Source of the DNA: an uncultured Ruficoccus sp.
GTDB lineage: Bacteria; Verrucomicrobiota; Verrucomicrobiia; Opitutales; Cerasicoccaceae
Direction: 5' to 3'
NCBI GenBank assembly: GCA_965140785.1
Contig: OZ223519.1
Location: forward strand, 335,356 to 399,355
Length of the DNA stretch: 64,000 nucleotides
The notes under the pieces were generated by a model. The model made no database searches, was not told where the DNA came from, and saw only the letters and a list, made by a program, of their open reading frames with translations. A program made the position numbers and the translations under genes. Of this stretch, positions 43,308 through 55,750 are shown one piece after another; the first letter of the stretch is position 1, and each line of letters starts with the position of its first letter.

Positions 43308-43681
43308 CTCTTCTTTGCGGCTTTTTTTGCCCGTTTCTTTTTCGGTTGGGGGATGACGCCGAAGCGCGGGTCTTCCTCCAGCACGTAATCCACGATGCGC
43401 CCGGCCACCGTCTCGAACTGGTCGTCCTCGGCGTGGAGCATGAGCCACTTGGGCAGGATGGGGTGGTTCGTCAGCATGGGAAACTCCGCCACGATGGCGG
43501 CGTGCTGGTCGCGTTCGGCGGGCACGAGAAAGGCGTTCCAGGGTTCCTCGCCCTCGGCCAGCACGGCCACGAGTTTCCCCCGGTAGTAACAGCCCAGGCA
43601 GCCGAACATATGCCGCCGCATATAGCCGGGCCGCTCGGCCAGCGGCTCCATCAGGTACTCATAGGGGTGGCGTTTGGCCAT
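43304..43681 (-). CDS. hypothetical protein (TfoX-N/MmcQ-like)
   Basis: RHMFGC..Y..GKL, HPILPKW, DPRFGVIP; stop overlaps the mscS stop. Confidence 0.7.
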   Translation of the reverse strand: MAKRHPYEYLMEPLAERPGYMRRHMFGCLGCYYRGKLVAVLAEGEEPWNAFLVPAERDQHAAIVAEFPMLTNHPILPKWLMLHAEDDQFETVAGRIVDYVLEEDPRFGVIPQPKKKRAKKAAKKS

Positions 43682-43780
43682 GAGGGAGAGGTTAACACCC
43701 GGCCGCTGGGGCGCAAGTCTCCAGCGGGCCGCCCGCTTTGGCCCTTGACCGCCGCGCCCGGAGCGCAGACAAACACGGTC

Positions 43781-44776
43781 ATGTTTGTCGATGAAGTTAA
43801 CATACGCCTGAAGGCCGGAGACGGCGGCAACGGTTGCATGAGTTTCCGGCGCGTGGCGCACAACCCCAAGGGCGGCCCCGACGGTGGCAACGGCGGTCGC
43901 GGCGGCGACATTATCCTCGTGTGCGACCCGAACACTGCGGACTTCACCGACTACAAGTTCAAGCCCCACGCCGCCGCCAAGAACGGCGTGCCCGGCAAGG
44001 GCTCGGACAAGGACGGCGCCCACGGCTCCTCGCTCAAATTAAAAATGCCCCCCGGCACGGTCGTGATCGACGAGGCGACCGGGCGTACCGTTCTCGAACT
44101 GGTCGAGTACGGCCAGGAGGTCGTCCTGCTCAAGGGCGGCAAGGGCGGCATGGGCAACACCACCTTCAAGTCCTCCACCAATCAGGCTCCCCGCAAATAC
44201 ACGCCCGGCCAGCCCGGCGAGGAGGGCAACTACAAGCTGGTGCTCAAGTCCATCGCCGACATCGGCCTGGTCGGCTTCCCCAACGCGGGCAAGTCCACCC
44301 TCATCAGCCTGCTGACCGGGGCCGAGCCCAAGACCGCGAGCTACCCCTTTACCACGCTCCAGCCGACCGTGGCAGTGGTCGAGTATCCCCAGACTTACGA
44401 GCGCCTGACCATGGCCGACATCCCCGGCCTGATCCAGGGCGCCCACGAGAACCGCGGCCTCGGCCATCGCTTCCTGCGCCACATCGAGCGCTGCCACCTC
44501 CTGCTCATCCTGATCGACATGGCCGGGACCGACGGACGCAAGCCCAAGGACGACTACAAGCAGCTCATTGAGGAATTGCGCCTCTACGACGAGGCCATGC
44601 TGGAGAAGCCCCGCCTCATCGTGGCCAACAAGATGGACGAGCCCGAGGCGAAGAAAAACCTCACCGCCTTCAAGCGCTCCGTCCGCCACGAGATCCTGAA
44701 ACTGTCCTGCCTCAGCGAAGAGGGCCTCCCCGAACTCAAGGAGACCCTCCGCCAGCGCGTCCTCGTGGACAAGTAA
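43781..44776 (+). CDS. obgE: GTPase Obg
   Basis: MFVDEV..GDGGNG, GFPNAGKST, YPFTT, DIPG, NKMD. Confidence 0.97.
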   Translation: MFVDEVNIRLKAGDGGNGCMSFRRVAHNPKGGPDGGNGGRGGDIILVCDPNTADFTDYKFKPHAAAKNGVPGKGSDKDGAHGSSLKLKMPPGTVVIDEATGRTVLELVEYGQEVVLLKGGKGGMGNTTFKSSTNQAPRKYTPGQPGEEGNYKLVLKSIADIGLVGFPNAGKSTLISLLTGAEPKTASYPFTTLQPTVAVVEYPQTYERLTMADIPGLIQGAHENRGLGHRFLRHIERCHLLLILIDMAGTDGRKPKDDYKQLIEELRLYDEAMLEKPRLIVANKMDEPEAKKNLTAFKRSVRHEILKLSCLSEEGLPELKETLRQRVLVDK

Positions 44777-44994
44777 GCCGGTTGCACGCCTTCCCGCCTG
44801 CTTCGATGAAAAGGGTGGGGGTAACAGCAAGACCGGGAAGATCGAAACGAAAGGACTGGCCGGTTCTCTCGGCCTTGCCGGTACGATCCGGGTTGAAGGC
44901 TTTGCGCTGCGAAGGATAAAAGTGCCGCAGTGCCAGCAGGCGGAACGCACCGCCAGGCCGTGTTTTTAAATTACTCGCTTATTGGTTTTTTAGA

Positions 44995-45120
44995 GTTGTC
45001 ATCCTGAGCGAGCGCAGCGAGTCGAGGGATCGCCCTGTTCAAGTCTTTGTGGGCTTCCAGTAGATTTGCACGGGGAGATCCTTCGATGCGGCCGCAAGCG
45101 GACTTCCTCAGGATGACAAC
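44995..45120. repeat. MITE/REP-like palindromic element
   Basis: Perfect 14-bp terminal inverted repeat GTTGTCATCCTGAG/CTCAGGATGACAAC with an inner GGATC/GATCC pair. Confidence 0.85.
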
Positions 45121-45320
45121 AGGGATGATCCACGGTGAAAAACAGACTCCAACCGGCTCAAATACATGGACTTAATCCGGTATGAGTTCCGTCCTTTGAC
45201 GAGAGCGCCTGAGGCATCGGACTTCCTTATTTTCTAACAAATTGGCGTAGGCGGTCATTTATGGCTGGCAACCATCGTATTAGGCACTCAAACTTGGCTT
45301 GAGCTCCAACGACAATTACC

Positions 45321-45541
45321 ATGGCACAATTCGCTACAACCGAATCCGACGTGCTCACGCTCGCGCAAGAGACGAAATCCGGCCTCGCGGCCAATACCGA
45401 CGTGTATCCGCGCCCGCCCGTCAGCCCCGCGATCCTCCTCAACCACATCGACGAGTTCAACAACCGGCGAACGACGCCGTCGCCGCCCACGCCGCCGCGG
45501 AGGAGGCCACCGCCGCCAAGCAAGCCGCCTTGACCGCTATT
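45321..45541 (+). pseudogene. truncated, frameshifted gene fragment
   Basis: MAQF..E..LAQ..GL.AN..VYP.PPV.P then, in another frame, AVAAHAAAEEATAAKQAAL; ends abruptly at AT-rich DNA; resembles the helical N-terminus seen on some FN3-domain proteins. Confidence 0.5.
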
Positions 45542-45607
45542 CTATTCAGATATTATTCCAAATAGGATGATAGCTGGAAATCCACTAATTACTTGTTTGG
45601 TAAAAGA

Positions 45608-46195
45608 ATGAACCTACTACCCAAGAGGCCACAAATGACTCCTGAGTGCTTTCAGGAGCACTGGACGGAACTGATCGAGAAGCCGCTCCTTAGCCGTGGG
45701 TTTAAAGCATCTGGCAAGACTCTCTACACCGAAAATAATGAATGCACACTGGCACTAATCAGACTCGGGGGAAGAAAGAGCAGTCCAGGAACCATCTGCC
45801 ACACATTCTGTTTCAGGCATTCGTTTCTAAGAAATCTGAATAAAGAATTTCCAAAGAAATTTGAGAAGGAAGTATTTGCATATCCAATCAAGTTTGAGCC
45901 ATCGAAAATCTCAAGCATCGGTAAAGAAGGCTGGCGCTACATACCCACAAACCTAAACTACCCAACTGAGCGAATAGATTTCTCGAAGAAAAAAGAAAAC
46001 CATCTTATTGCAGAACTAAAGCAATTGCAGAGTGATCTGCTAGAAGCGTGTGGGTTCTTACCGAAAATTCTAAAATCTGAAGTTATGGAATACCAGATTC
46101 GAGAGAATGGTGAGGATGCATGGATCGAGCGGATCTGGCTGGAAGATTACGAAAACCAAAGGACCGAACAAAGCGGTGCTGAACGACGTCGCTAA
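45608..46195 (+). CDS. cassette 1 hypothetical protein (possibly DUF4304-like)
   Basis: ATG 6 nt after GTTTGGT; low GC; stop codon lies inside attC1. Confidence 0.7.
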   Translation: MNLLPKRPQMTPECFQEHWTELIEKPLLSRGFKASGKTLYTENNECTLALIRLGGRKSSPGTICHTFCFRHSFLRNLNKEFPKKFEKEVFAYPIKFEPSKISSIGKEGWRYIPTNLNYPTERIDFSKKKENHLIAELKQLQSDLLEACGFLPKILKSEVMEYQIRENGEDAWIERIWLEDYENQRTEQSGAERRR

Positions 46196-46223
46196 CGCGC
46201 CGCGCCAGAGCTTTACGTTGGGC
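46163..46223 (+). mobile_element. attC site 1
   Basis: ACCGAAC-AAAGCGGTGCTG...CAGAGCTTTAC-GTTGGGC, 61-bp imperfect palindrome. Confidence 0.82.
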
Positions 46224-46231
46224 AAAAGAAA

Positions 46232-46561
46232 ATGTCAGATTTAGCACAGTCCTCTGCTCGTTTTATCGAGAAGTTCTCCCAGCTAGCCAAGCGATTGGCC
46301 GACATGGGGGTTACCACGCATACGGCAGACCTCAAATGGGGCAGCTTTGGATGCTTCACCCTCATGGCAATGAAAGAAAATGAAGCGATACGATTTCAGT
46401 ATGACGGACGAGATTCGTTTGTCACAGTTGAGGGCTCGCCTGTCCGTGAATACTCATACCCAAATGATTGGAAAGAATTAATAGTAAAGGGAATGAATAA
46501 TCAGAATGATGAGGTGCTCAGATTCATCGAAGAGTTTCTCAGAAAGAGATTCAACTTTTAG
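46232..46561 (+). CDS. cassette 2 hypothetical protein
   Basis: Lies between attC1 and attC2; low GC. Confidence 0.7.
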   Translation: MSDLAQSSARFIEKFSQLAKRLADMGVTTHTADLKWGSFGCFTLMAMKENEAIRFQYDGRDSFVTVEGSPVREYSYPNDWKELIVKGMNNQNDEVLRFIEEFLRKRFNF

Positions 46562-46583
46562 CCAAAATATGAAACCGAACAAG

Positions 46584-46645
46584 GCCCAACAAGGCATTAG
46601 AGGACAACTCCGTTACGCGCTCCGTGCCTCACTTTGACGTTCGCT
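46584..46645 (+). mobile_element. attC site 2
   Basis: GCCCAAC-AAGGCATTAGAGG...CCTCACTTTGAC-GTTCGCT, 62 bp; GCCCAAC is the exact complement of the cassette's 5' GTTGGGC. Confidence 0.85.
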
Positions 46646-46653
46646 AAAAGAAA

Positions 46654-46790
46654 ATGACGACTCCAGAACTTATCTCACTCATTGCATCTATCGCGTCATT
46701 AATCCTCGCGGTTGGGGCAATTTGGCTTTCCATCACGTTCTACAAAATGTCTGCTGAAGCTAGCAAAGCTACCGAAGAAGCGGCAATGGG
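46654..46790 (+). pseudogene. cassette 3 ORF, probably truncated (N-terminal TM segment only)
   Basis: MTTPELISLIASIASLILAVGAIWLSITFYK..; reading frame runs on into repeat DNA; no attC follows. Confidence 0.55.
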
Positions 46791-46822
46791 CCAGTTTCAG
46801 GGGGCCCTGCCAAAAGTTATTG

Positions 46823-46915
46823 GCCACAAAAGGCACAAAAAGCACAAAACCGGAACGTACCGCTCTAGAGGCGCATCTTATCCTGATTTTTGTGAGTTTT
46901 GTGTCTTTTTGTGGC
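46823..46915. repeat. inverted array of 9-bp tandem repeats
   Basis: GCCACAAAAGGCACAAAAAGCACAAAA ... TTTTGTGAGTTTTGTGTCTTTTTGTGGC. Confidence 0.85.
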
Positions 46916-46958
46916 TCAAAAACAGTCAGCTCTAGCGATTCAAAAATACGGTAGCCCG

Positions 46959-47037
46959 AATGGCTAAATGGCTGATGGTTAATTGCCGGACGCTTACGGA
47001 GAAAACAACAATTAGCCATTTCAGCCATTTAGCCATT
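46959..47037. repeat. inverted array of 8-bp tandem repeats
   Basis: Perfect 17-bp inverted repeat AATGGCTAAATGGCTGA/TCAGCCATTTAGCCATT. Confidence 0.85.
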
Positions 47038-47108
47038 ATGCCTTTCGATCGGGGCTACGATTTTATTGAACCGCTTGCTCGAACTATTTGAACCGCTCTA
47101 ACACCAGG

Positions 47109-48791
47109 CTAGGGGGCAGGGCATGCCGTGCCGCGGATCATTTCGCGGTTGGCGCCGCCGGGCGGGACCATGGGCAGGACCTGTTGTTCGACGCAGGTGG
47201 GGGCGTTGATCAGGACCGGGCCGGGACGGGAGAAGGCTTCGGCCAGCGCGGCGTCGATATCCGGCTCGTCGGCCAGATCGACGGCGTCCATCCCCATGGC
47301 CCGCGCCATCAGCGCGAAGTCCGGCCCGTGCTGGAACTTCGAGGCGATCAGGCGCTTGCCGAAGAACAGGGTCTGCTGCTGGTGGACCAGTCCGAGCGAC
47401 TGGTTGTTCATCAGCACAACCTTCAGGTCGGCCCCGGCCTCGGCGGCGGTGATCATCTCCTGATTGTTCATGAGAAAGCTGCCGTCGCCGCTGATGCAGA
47501 CGACGGGGCACTCGGGCTCGGAGAGGGCCGCCCCGAGGGCCGCCGGCAGACCGAAGCCCATCGTGCCCAGTCCGCCGCTGGTCAGCCATTGGCGCGGACG
47601 GCAGAAGGGAAAGGCCTGCGCCGTCCACATCTGGTGCTGGCCGACGTCGGTGGCGACGATGGCGTCGCGCCCGGCGTGGCGGGCGACGGCGTGGATGAGC
47701 CCGTAAGGCGTTGCCGGGTCGTCCCGCCCCGGCATGGCCATGGGGTGGGTCGCTTTGAGCGTGGCGATACGGGCGGTCCAGTCCGCGCGGCTGCGTTCGG
47801 GTAAGTGCTCCAGCAGGCGCGTGAGGAAGCGCCCGACATCGGCGCGGACGGCCAGGGTGGGCTGACGGATTTTTCCCAGTTCGGAGCTGTCGATATCGAC
47901 ATGGATGACGCTCGCGTGCGGGCAGAATTCGGCCACCTTGCCGGTGGCCCGGTCGTCGAAACGCGCCCCGAGCGCAATCAGCAGGTCGCACTCTTCCAGC
48001 GCCAGGTTGGTGTACGGGGCGGCGTGCATGCCCAGCATCCCCAGGTACTGCGGATGGTCGGTGGGCATTGCGCCGAGGGCCATCAGCGTGCTGACGGTGG
48101 GCAGGTGGGAACGCTCCGCCAACGTGCGGGCCGCCTCGGCGGACTCGCTGTGGATGATGCCCCCGCCCAGGTAAAGAATCGGCTGCCGGGCGGCCTCGAT
48201 CATGGCGGCGGCTTGGGCGACCTCCGCCTCGCCGGGCTCGTCGGGCGCATCGGGCATGCCGGGCTCCGGCCAGTCCTCGAACGTGATCTCGGCCTGTTGA
48301 ACGTCCTTGGGGATGTCGATCCAGACCGGGCCTGGCCGACCGCTGGCGGCCAGGCGAAAGGCCTCCGGGATGACGTGCAGCAGTTCCTCGACGGACTGGA
48401 CGAGGACGTTGTGTTTGGTCACGGGCAGGCTCATGCCGAAGACATCGACCTCCTGAAAAGCGTCCGTCCCGATGAGGGGACGGGCGACCTGCCCGCTGAT
48501 GCAGACCAGCGGGATGGAGTCCAGCTTGGCGTCGGCGACGGCGGTGAGGATGTTCGTCGCGCCGGGGCCGCTGGTGGCGAAGCACACGGCGGGCTGCCCG
48601 GTGGTACGGGCGAGCCCCTGCGCGATGAAGCCCGCGCCCTGCTCGTGGCGGGCGAGGATGTGGCGGATCACCGGCCGGCGGGCCAGGGCGTCGTACAGGG
48701 GCAGGTTGGCCCCTCCGGGGATGCCCGCGATCAGGCGAATCCCTTGGCGTTCCAGCAGGCGGATAACGAGGTCGGCTCCAGTCATTTTCAT
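47109..48791 (-). CDS. ilvB: acetolactate synthase large subunit
   Basis: GIPGGA, RHEQGAG, TSGPGATN, RFDDRATG, DVGQHQMW, GDGSFLMN. Confidence 0.95.
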   Translation of the reverse strand: MKMTGADLVIRLLERQGIRLIAGIPGGANLPLYDALARRPVIRHILARHEQGAGFIAQGLARTTGQPAVCFATSGPGATNILTAVADAKLDSIPLVCISGQVARPLIGTDAFQEVDVFGMSLPVTKHNVLVQSVEELLHVIPEAFRLAASGRPGPVWIDIPKDVQQAEITFEDWPEPGMPDAPDEPGEAEVAQAAAMIEAARQPILYLGGGIIHSESAEAARTLAERSHLPTVSTLMALGAMPTDHPQYLGMLGMHAAPYTNLALEECDLLIALGARFDDRATGKVAEFCPHASVIHVDIDSSELGKIRQPTLAVRADVGRFLTRLLEHLPERSRADWTARIATLKATHPMAMPGRDDPATPYGLIHAVARHAGRDAIVATDVGQHQMWTAQAFPFCRPRQWLTSGGLGTMGFGLPAALGAALSEPECPVVCISGDGSFLMNNQEMITAAEAGADLKVVLMNNQSLGLVHQQQTLFFGKRLIASKFQHGPDFALMARAMGMDAVDLADEPDIDAALAEAFSRPGPVLINAPTCVEQQVLPMVPPGGANREMIRGTACPAP

Positions 48792-48845
48792 AAGTTTTCT
48801 CAGGTTGGCTTGGTGGCCCCTGGAGCACGCCCGACGCGGATGGCT

Positions 48846-48882
48846 AAACAAAAACCCCCCGTCGAACGCATTCGGCAGAGGG
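48846..48882 (-). terminator. attenuator terminator upstream of ilvB
   Basis: Minus strand CCCTCTGCCGAA-TGCG-TTCGACGGGGGG-TTTTTGTTT. Confidence 0.82.
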
Positions 48883-48910
48883 TGGTTAGAAAGGTGGTTA
48901 AAGTTCTGTT

Positions 48911-48988
48911 CTATACCCGTGCAGATGCGGTCGAGGTCACGAGGACTACGACTACGCTTACGAGTACGGCTACGAGGTTGAACTTCAT
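48911..48988 (-). CDS. ilvB leader peptide (25 aa)
   Basis: MKFNLVAVLVSVVVVLVTSTASARV*, Val/Leu-rich, followed by a terminator. Confidence 0.85.
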   Translation of the reverse strand: MKFNLVAVLVSVVVVLVTSTASARV

Positions 48989-49193
48989 TCTTGGACGCTT
49001 ATGAATTCTTTTACGGGCTCTTTGTCAAAACATTTTATCGGGGGGAGGGCCATGCTCCTTGGCTAAATGACCGGCGTCACCGTTGCGCTGGCTAGCGCAG
49101 CAACTATTTAAAATAACGGGGCTTCTGTGGGCTGGACCAGCATTTTGCCCTGCCGGGGTAGCAGCCTTTCTGGTCGCGTAGGGGCAGCGCCCC

Positions 49194-50057
49194 TCATTGC
49201 CCGGGGGTGTAACCCGTGAGCTGAATCTTCAGTTGGCGGGCTTTTTCGAGGACGGCGGGCTTGTCGAGAATGATCGTGTTGGCGGCTTCCACGGCGGCGT
49301 GGCGGATGTTGGCGGCGGCCAGGCTCTCCAGGGTTTTCAGGCCGAAGACCGGCACGTCGAAGCGGTAGTCCTGGCCGGGTTTGACGGTTTTGACGAAGAG
49401 CGGGTCGCGTGCTTCGAACTGCCCGGCGCGGCGAATCATGGCATCGGTGCCCTCAAATCCCTCGACCGCCAGCACGGTTCCCCGGCTGACCACGACGCCC
49501 TGGCCGATGTCGAGCCGGGCGACTTCTTTTGCTATGCGGATGCCGTGGGCGAGCACCTGCGGGTCGATCTTATCGCGCCCGCCGGTCATGACGCCCTCCT
49601 CGGCGAGCTGGTCCTCCAGAAAGGCCCGCGCGTCGAGCTGGCGCACGCCGATTTTTTCAATCTCCGTCGCCAGTGCGCCGAAGATCGACTCGGCGTTGCG
49701 CTCCTTGAGCGAGGCGAGGATGGCCACAGCCTTGAGGTCGGGGTGGAGGCCCTTGAAGAGCCGGCGCGGGGTGATCTGCCCGGCCATGAGGGCGTATCGC
49801 GCGTCCAGCCGCTTGAGCGCTTTCAACATGTGGCCGACCTGGCCGACCTTGATCATAGCACGTTCGCGCTCGGGGAAATCTTCGAAAAAGTCCGTCGCCG
49901 TCTCGCCATGAAAGGCGATCAGTCGCAGGGGGACACCGGCGGCGCGGGCTTTCTGCGCCAGCAGAACCGGGTAGCGCCCCTTGCCCGCGATGATGGCGAG
50001 CGGTTGGGCGGCGTCGAAGTCCGCCGGAAGGAACGGGCTGGAGGGATGGGCGCTCAA
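49194..50057 (-). CDS. lpxI: UDP-2,3-diacylglucosamine diphosphatase LpxI family
   Basis: IIAGKGRYP, DIGQGVVV, AVEGFEGTD, KPGQDYRFDVP; TTG start overlaps the upstream stop. Confidence 0.88.
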   Translation of the reverse strand: MSAHPSSPFLPADFDAAQPLAIIAGKGRYPVLLAQKARAAGVPLRLIAFHGETATDFFEDFPERERAMIKVGQVGHMLKALKRLDARYALMAGQITPRRLFKGLHPDLKAVAILASLKERNAESIFGALATEIEKIGVRQLDARAFLEDQLAEEGVMTGGRDKIDPQVLAHGIRIAKEVARLDIGQGVVVSRGTVLAVEGFEGTDAMIRRAGQFEARDPLFVKTVKPGQDYRFDVPVFGLKTLESLAAANIRHAAVEAANTIILDKPAVLEKARQLKIQLTGYTPGQ

Positions 50058-50832
50058 TTGCGGATAAGGAAATCGTTTTTGGCCGGGGCTTGCGAAGAAA
50101 TTTTGGGGATGCGGACCTGTGGCTGCCAACCCTCCCCGGTCGGGACAAAGAACACGAGCCGGTAGTTGCCCTCGGCCACGTCGGTTCTTTCGCGGGCCGC
50201 GCTCTGGTGCGGGATATCAAGCGTCTTGACCATGTCATTGCGCGAGAGGTGGCTGATCATGCTCAGGTCCAGCCATTGGCCGGACTGCAGGAGCAGGCTT
50301 CGGCCCTGCTTGCGGGTCATGCGCAGGTTGCCATCCAGCACCACGACCTGCGGCGGCACACTGTCCAGAGAGACCGTCAGCTCGCTGACGCGTCCGCTGA
50401 GCGTGCAGTTGGGCAGATCGATGGTCAGGTCCGATGTCGCCCGGGGCTTGACCTGGGCCAGCGCGAAGCCGCCGCGGTCGAGCTTGAGGCGGATATCGCT
50501 GCGGCCCAGCTCGATATTGTCGGCGTTGCTTGCCGAGCCGTCGGGCAGGGCCTGCTGGAAGGTCTCGACGGTGAGGGTCGTGTCCGGGTCGAGCACCAGC
50601 GCCATGCGGTTGGAAAAGACGAGGCAGGAGCGGCCGCTGGAGCCGCTCTCGATGGTCTTGCCCACTGGGTCGAAGGACTCATGCTTGGACAGCTGCCGTC
50701 CGTCGGCGGTGAGGCTGCCGGAGAGGCCCTTGACTAAACAGAGACCGCCGCGCATCTCCTGCGCACGCATCAGGCTGCCGCTCAGGCCGAGCAGGCTGAG
50801 CGCGAGGCAGAGGCGGGCAACTCGGTTCAGGC

Positions 50833-50836
<4 letters not shown>
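50054..50836 (-). CDS. secreted FecR-like protein
   Basis: Signal peptide; VFSN..L.LDPDTTL.VE.F.Q similar to the 11971-12810 protein. Confidence 0.65.
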
Positions 50837-53439
<2,603 letters not shown>

Positions 53440-53572
53440 TTTCTTGGAAAACGGCAAGAAATAGCGGCTCGGGGGGCCGGGGGTCAAGCCCATGTCGGCA
53501 GCGCCCTGTCCGGACGGGGAAATCGCGAGCATGCGGCTTGAGTATTTATCAAACACACCGTAGGGGTAGGGC

Positions 53573-54958
53573 ATGAGATTTTCCGCCCCTCTCTTTGTCC
53601 TGCTGGCCCTGGCCGCGGCCTCGCCATTGTTTTCCGCGCCCGGTCCGCGTTTCGCCAGCCGTGATGAGGGGGTGGCCGAGGCGGTGGACGACATCGAGCC
53701 GGGTTTTCAGCGGCTGCTGGATGCGGTGGTGCGGCTCGATGTGTGGGAGACGACCTTCGATCAGGGCTCCAAGCGCACGCAGCACGGGGTCGGCTCCGGG
53801 GTGATCATGACGCCCGAAGGCTACATCCTGACCAATGCCCATGTCGTCAACCCTTACGCCGAGCGCGTCATGGTTACTCTGAACAACCTTGAGCGCGTCG
53901 ATGCCGAGCTGGTCGGCTGGGACCACTGGACCGACCTTGCCGTTGTCAAGATCGACCCCGACGAACTGGAAAAGCGCGGGCTGGGGTTCGCTTATGCCGA
54001 GTTCGGCGACTCGTCGGCGCTCGTGCCGGGGCAGACCGTTTATGCCGTGGGGACGCCCAACGGCCTCAGCCGCACGGTGACGCGGGGCATCATTTCCAAC
54101 ACCGACCGCTACTTCGAGGGCTCGACAGTGGGCCGTGGCTACGAGACGGGCTATTTCAACACCTGGCTCCAGACCGACGCCGCCATCAACCCCGGCAACA
54201 GCGGCGGTCCGCTGGTGCTGCCGGACGGGCGCGTGATCGGGATCAATACCCGCGCCTACATGGGGGCGGAGAACCTGGGCTTCGCCGTGCCCTCGTCCAT
54301 CGCCCGGACAGTCATGGACGGGCTCATTGAGGAGGGCTCGATCACCCGCAGCTACATCGGCCTGCGCCCCGGCCCCATGCAGGATCTGGAGAACTTCTAC
54401 GAACTGGAGAGCAACCGGGGCATGCTCGTGCAGAGTGTTGATCCGGGCTCGCCGGTGGATGAGGACGGCCTGCGTCCCGGCGACATCGTGCTGGAGATCG
54501 ACGGTCAGCCGGTGGACGGGCGCTTTCCGGAGCAATTGCCGCCGATCCAGAACTTTATCGCCAGCCGGGCGCCGGGCGAAACCGTCCACCTCAAGGTCAA
54601 ACGCGGCTTTCAGACGATGGACCTGCCTGTCGTGACCGAGCCGCTGGAGAGCCGCGTGGGCGACGAGACCGCGTTGGAAGACTGGGGCCTGGGCGTGCAG
54701 AAAATCAGCCGCGCCATCGCCCGCGAGGAAGACCTCGACACACCGGACGGCTTCGTCGTGGTCGGCGTCCAGCCAGCCTTCCCGGCCTACGAGGCGGGCA
54801 TCCGCACCGGCGACATCATCACCAAGGTCAATCGCCAGCCGATTAAAAACCTGAAAGAGCTGGAAGCCATTTATCACGCCTACGAGGCCGATCCGCAAAA
54901 GACCCTCATGGAAGTCAACCGCCATCACCAGGTGCGCTTCATGGTGCTCAAGCCCTGA
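53573..54958 (+). CDS. HtrA/DegP-like serine protease with 2 PDZ domains
   Basis: [21 protein letters not shown] catalytic triad. Confidence 0.92.
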   Translation: MRFSAPLFVLLALAAASPLFSAPGPRFASRDEGVAEAVDDIEPGFQRLLDAVVRLDVWETTFDQGSKRTQHGVGSGVIMTPEGYILTNAHVVNPYAERVMVTLNNLERVDAELVGWDHWTDLAVVKIDPDELEKRGLGFAYAEFGDSSALVPGQTVYAVGTPNGLSRTVTRGIISNTDRYFEGSTVGRGYETGYFNTWLQTDAAINPGNSGGPLVLPDGRVIGINTRAYMGAENLGFAVPSSIARTVMDGLIEEGSITRSYIGLRPGPMQDLENFYELESNRGMLVQSVDPGSPVDEDGLRPGDIVLEIDGQPVDGRFPEQLPPIQNFIASRAPGETVHLKVKRGFQTMDLPVVTEPLESRVGDETALEDWGLGVQKISRAIAREEDLDTPDGFVVVGVQPAFPAYEAGIRTGDIITKVNRQPIKNLKELEAIYHAYEADPQKTLMEVNRHHQVRFMVLKP

Positions 54959-55013
54959 GGAAACGGATGACGTTTTTTTGTCTAAACACAATTTTCAACG
55001 CCGCCTAACAGGA

Positions 55014-55626
55014 ATGACTCAGCGCGAACGTATGCTGTCGGAATTACCCTACCGGGCCTGCGATCCCGAGCTGGAAAAGGCCCGCAACCGTGCCCACTCC
55101 CTCGCGCATGCCTTTAAACCGTTTGTCCCCAGAGCGCCGGGAAGAGGGGGCGGAGATCCTGAGGCGACTGCTGGGCAAATGCGGCCCCGGCCTGTATGTC
55201 GAGCCTCCCTTTTATTGCGATTACGGCACCCAGATCGAAGCGGGTAAGAACCTCTACATCAACTTCAACTGCACGATCCTGGATGTTGCCCACGTCAAAA
55301 TCGGCGACAATGTAATGATCGCGCCCAATGTCGCCATTTATACCGCCGGTCATCCCCTCCACCCCGACAGCCGCAACTCCGGCTACGAGTACGGGATTGC
55401 CGTGAGCATCGGTAACAATGTCTGGATCGGAGGGAATGTTGTCATCAACCCTGGGGTCACGATCGGCGATAATGCCGTGATCGGGGCGGGCAGCGTTGTC
55501 ACCCGGGACATTCCGGCCAACCAATTGGCGGTCGGTAATCCCTGCCGGGTCCTTCGGGAGATTACCGAGGAGGACCGCCCGTTTTATTTCAGGGACCGCA
55601 AGTTCGATGTCGAAGACTACCGTTGA
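55014..55626 (+). CDS. maltose/galactoside O-acetyltransferase; one apparent frameshift near 55117
   Basis: MTQRERML..Y..D.EL joins PPFYCDYG..HP..hexapeptide repeats if one A is removed from TTTAAAC. Confidence 0.85.
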
Positions 55627-55750
55627 GCATTGTCGAGCTGAGGACACGAACCAAACAGACACGAGGATGTGACCTGGGCAGGTTTGCGTACACGGCCCAG
55701 GTCAGAGTTAAAACATTGACCGGGGTTGTCGGGCGCATTGACATGGGGCC

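Larger units (their letters stand above)
45595..46790 (+). mobile_element. integron gene cassette array lacking an integrase in this window (CALIN-like)
   Basis: Three GTT core sites each followed by AAAAGA(AA)ATG; two attC sites; low-GC ORFs. Confidence 0.82.

Noticed and set aside
46823..47037. CRISPR array
   Set aside because: Units are 8-9 bp, tandem and inverted, with no unique spacers and no cas genes
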